Shown piece by piece: positions 63,069-64,000 of a stretch of DNA of 64,000 nucleotides (positions within the stretch are counted from its first letter, which is position 1; the number at the start of each line of letters is the position of its first letter). The position numbers and the translations under genes are program-made. This DNA comes from Trichosphaerium sp. ATCC 40318 (lineage: Eukaryota; Protista; Tubulinea), in NCBI GenBank assembly GCA_038496445.1, contig JALMLS010000466.1, forward strand, positions 867,449-931,448, read 5' to 3'. The notes beneath the pieces were generated by a model. It was not told where the DNA came from. It worked only from the letters and a program-made list of their open reading frames with translations, and did no database searches.

Positions 63069-64000
63069 ATGGCGTATACTAACTTCTATCAAGCTCGTAG
63101 GATCGTTCGTCAATACTGTGAGGTAGATGAAGGCGGTAGCGATTCTTTCAGTAAGTTCTGTGACCTCTCTTAGTTATATTAACAGACCACCCCTTCAAGT
63201 TGGCATTGAACACGAAGATAGCGAAGCCCAACCTATTAATGAAACAGAATTTGCCAAATACAACTTAGCTGTAGCTGACAAGGCCAAAGCAATGCTTCAA
63301 GCGCGTATGGCAGGTGTTTATACCACAGTAACACTGCAAAACATAAAAGACGCCGAACAAGGCAATGAAGGGCCAATGTACTCCTCGTTTGTGCCCTACA
63401 CACTGGTTGATATGAACAAATGCCATCCATTTATTTCCATAAAGAAAGATTCACCACATTACAAGCATTTGGCAGATGTCAAAATGAGTAATTTAGTTGT
63501 ACGAGTTTGACACTCAAGTTTCACTGAATTGTCATCTTTTTTTGGATTTAGCGACTAACGTTTGGCTGTAGGTTACACAATTACCTCCTAAAGGAAGAGA
63601 TCCTGAAACTCTCCCACTTACGCGTGTAACAGTAACGGTAAAGTAAGAGAATTGAAGGATGATAAAGAAATTGAAAAAGTGTTGGATAAATTTGAAGAAA
63701 ATCAAGAGGGTAGTAAAAATAAACTCAAAGAACTAAAGGATGATGTTGCTTTCTTGGAAATGGAAGCTAGAGATGTTCTCTATTAAGAAGGTATGTATTT
63801 GTAGAAAGAATCACGCGTATGTCGACTTACGTCCCGTTCTAGTAATGGTCAAATGAAACAAGTTTTCCCTGATGAGTATGAATCTGCTCCTCAAGATCCT
63901 ATTGCTCCTGTTTCCCGAAAACTTCTTACAGACATGAACGACACATTTGCAAAAGAGTTATTAAATTAGTAAAGCAATATGCAGACGTAGAATTTATTGA
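63069..64000 (+). CDS. FMN-binding split-barrel (pyridoxamine 5'-phosphate oxidase/CREG-like) protein, 3'-partial
   Basis: AKAMLQARMAGVYTT..PMYSSFVPY..PFISIKKDSPHYKHL, PLTRVTVTG, DPIA. The start is approximate and the gene runs off the window. Confidence 0.55.

Noticed and set aside
559-64000. Apparent in-frame stops suggesting an alternative genetic code or mass pseudogenisation
   Set aside because: The stops examined fall inside short GT/GC-AG introns, and spliced frames are open under the standard code.
1-64000. tRNA, rRNA, CRISPR arrays, prokaryotic operons or defence systems
   Set aside because: None seen. The DNA is intron-rich eukaryotic sequence, and the only tRNA-like stretch is the retrotransposon PBS.

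Overview
This is a gene-dense, AT-rich eukaryotic window from a protist. An amoebozoan source is my inference from the gene families, not something the sequence proves. It holds about 27 protein-coding genes split by many short spliceosomal introns (mostly ~35-70 nt, donors dominated by GTAC/GTAT/GTAA, CTAAC/CTGAC-type branch sites), so the ORF track shows only exon fragments. Recognisable genes include a large NAD-glutamate dehydrogenase fused to ankyrin repeats and a GAF domain, two SDRs, a cytochrome b5-like protein, an LRR-kinase, an S10 carboxypeptidase, TRM5, a GT34 glycosyltransferase, a trypsin-fold protease, mitochondrial carriers, ALG1, a CH-BTB-SPRY protein, a divergent actin, a DH-PH-FYVE-ankyrin RhoGEF and a UNC93-like transporter. 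A full-length Ty3/gypsy retrotransposon (56093-62768) has identical 98-bp LTRs and an AATAA target-site duplication, and sits in the signal-peptide exon of a surface-protein gene. The most unusual signals are the ankyrin-GAF-GDH fusion, two long hairpin-rich intergenic regions (22.0-23.4 kb and 41.8-42.1 kb) that look like unannotated structured RNAs, strong CACGTG enrichment in introns, and several GCAC-type GC-AG introns. All exon models were assembled by eye, and gene termini are approximate where stated.
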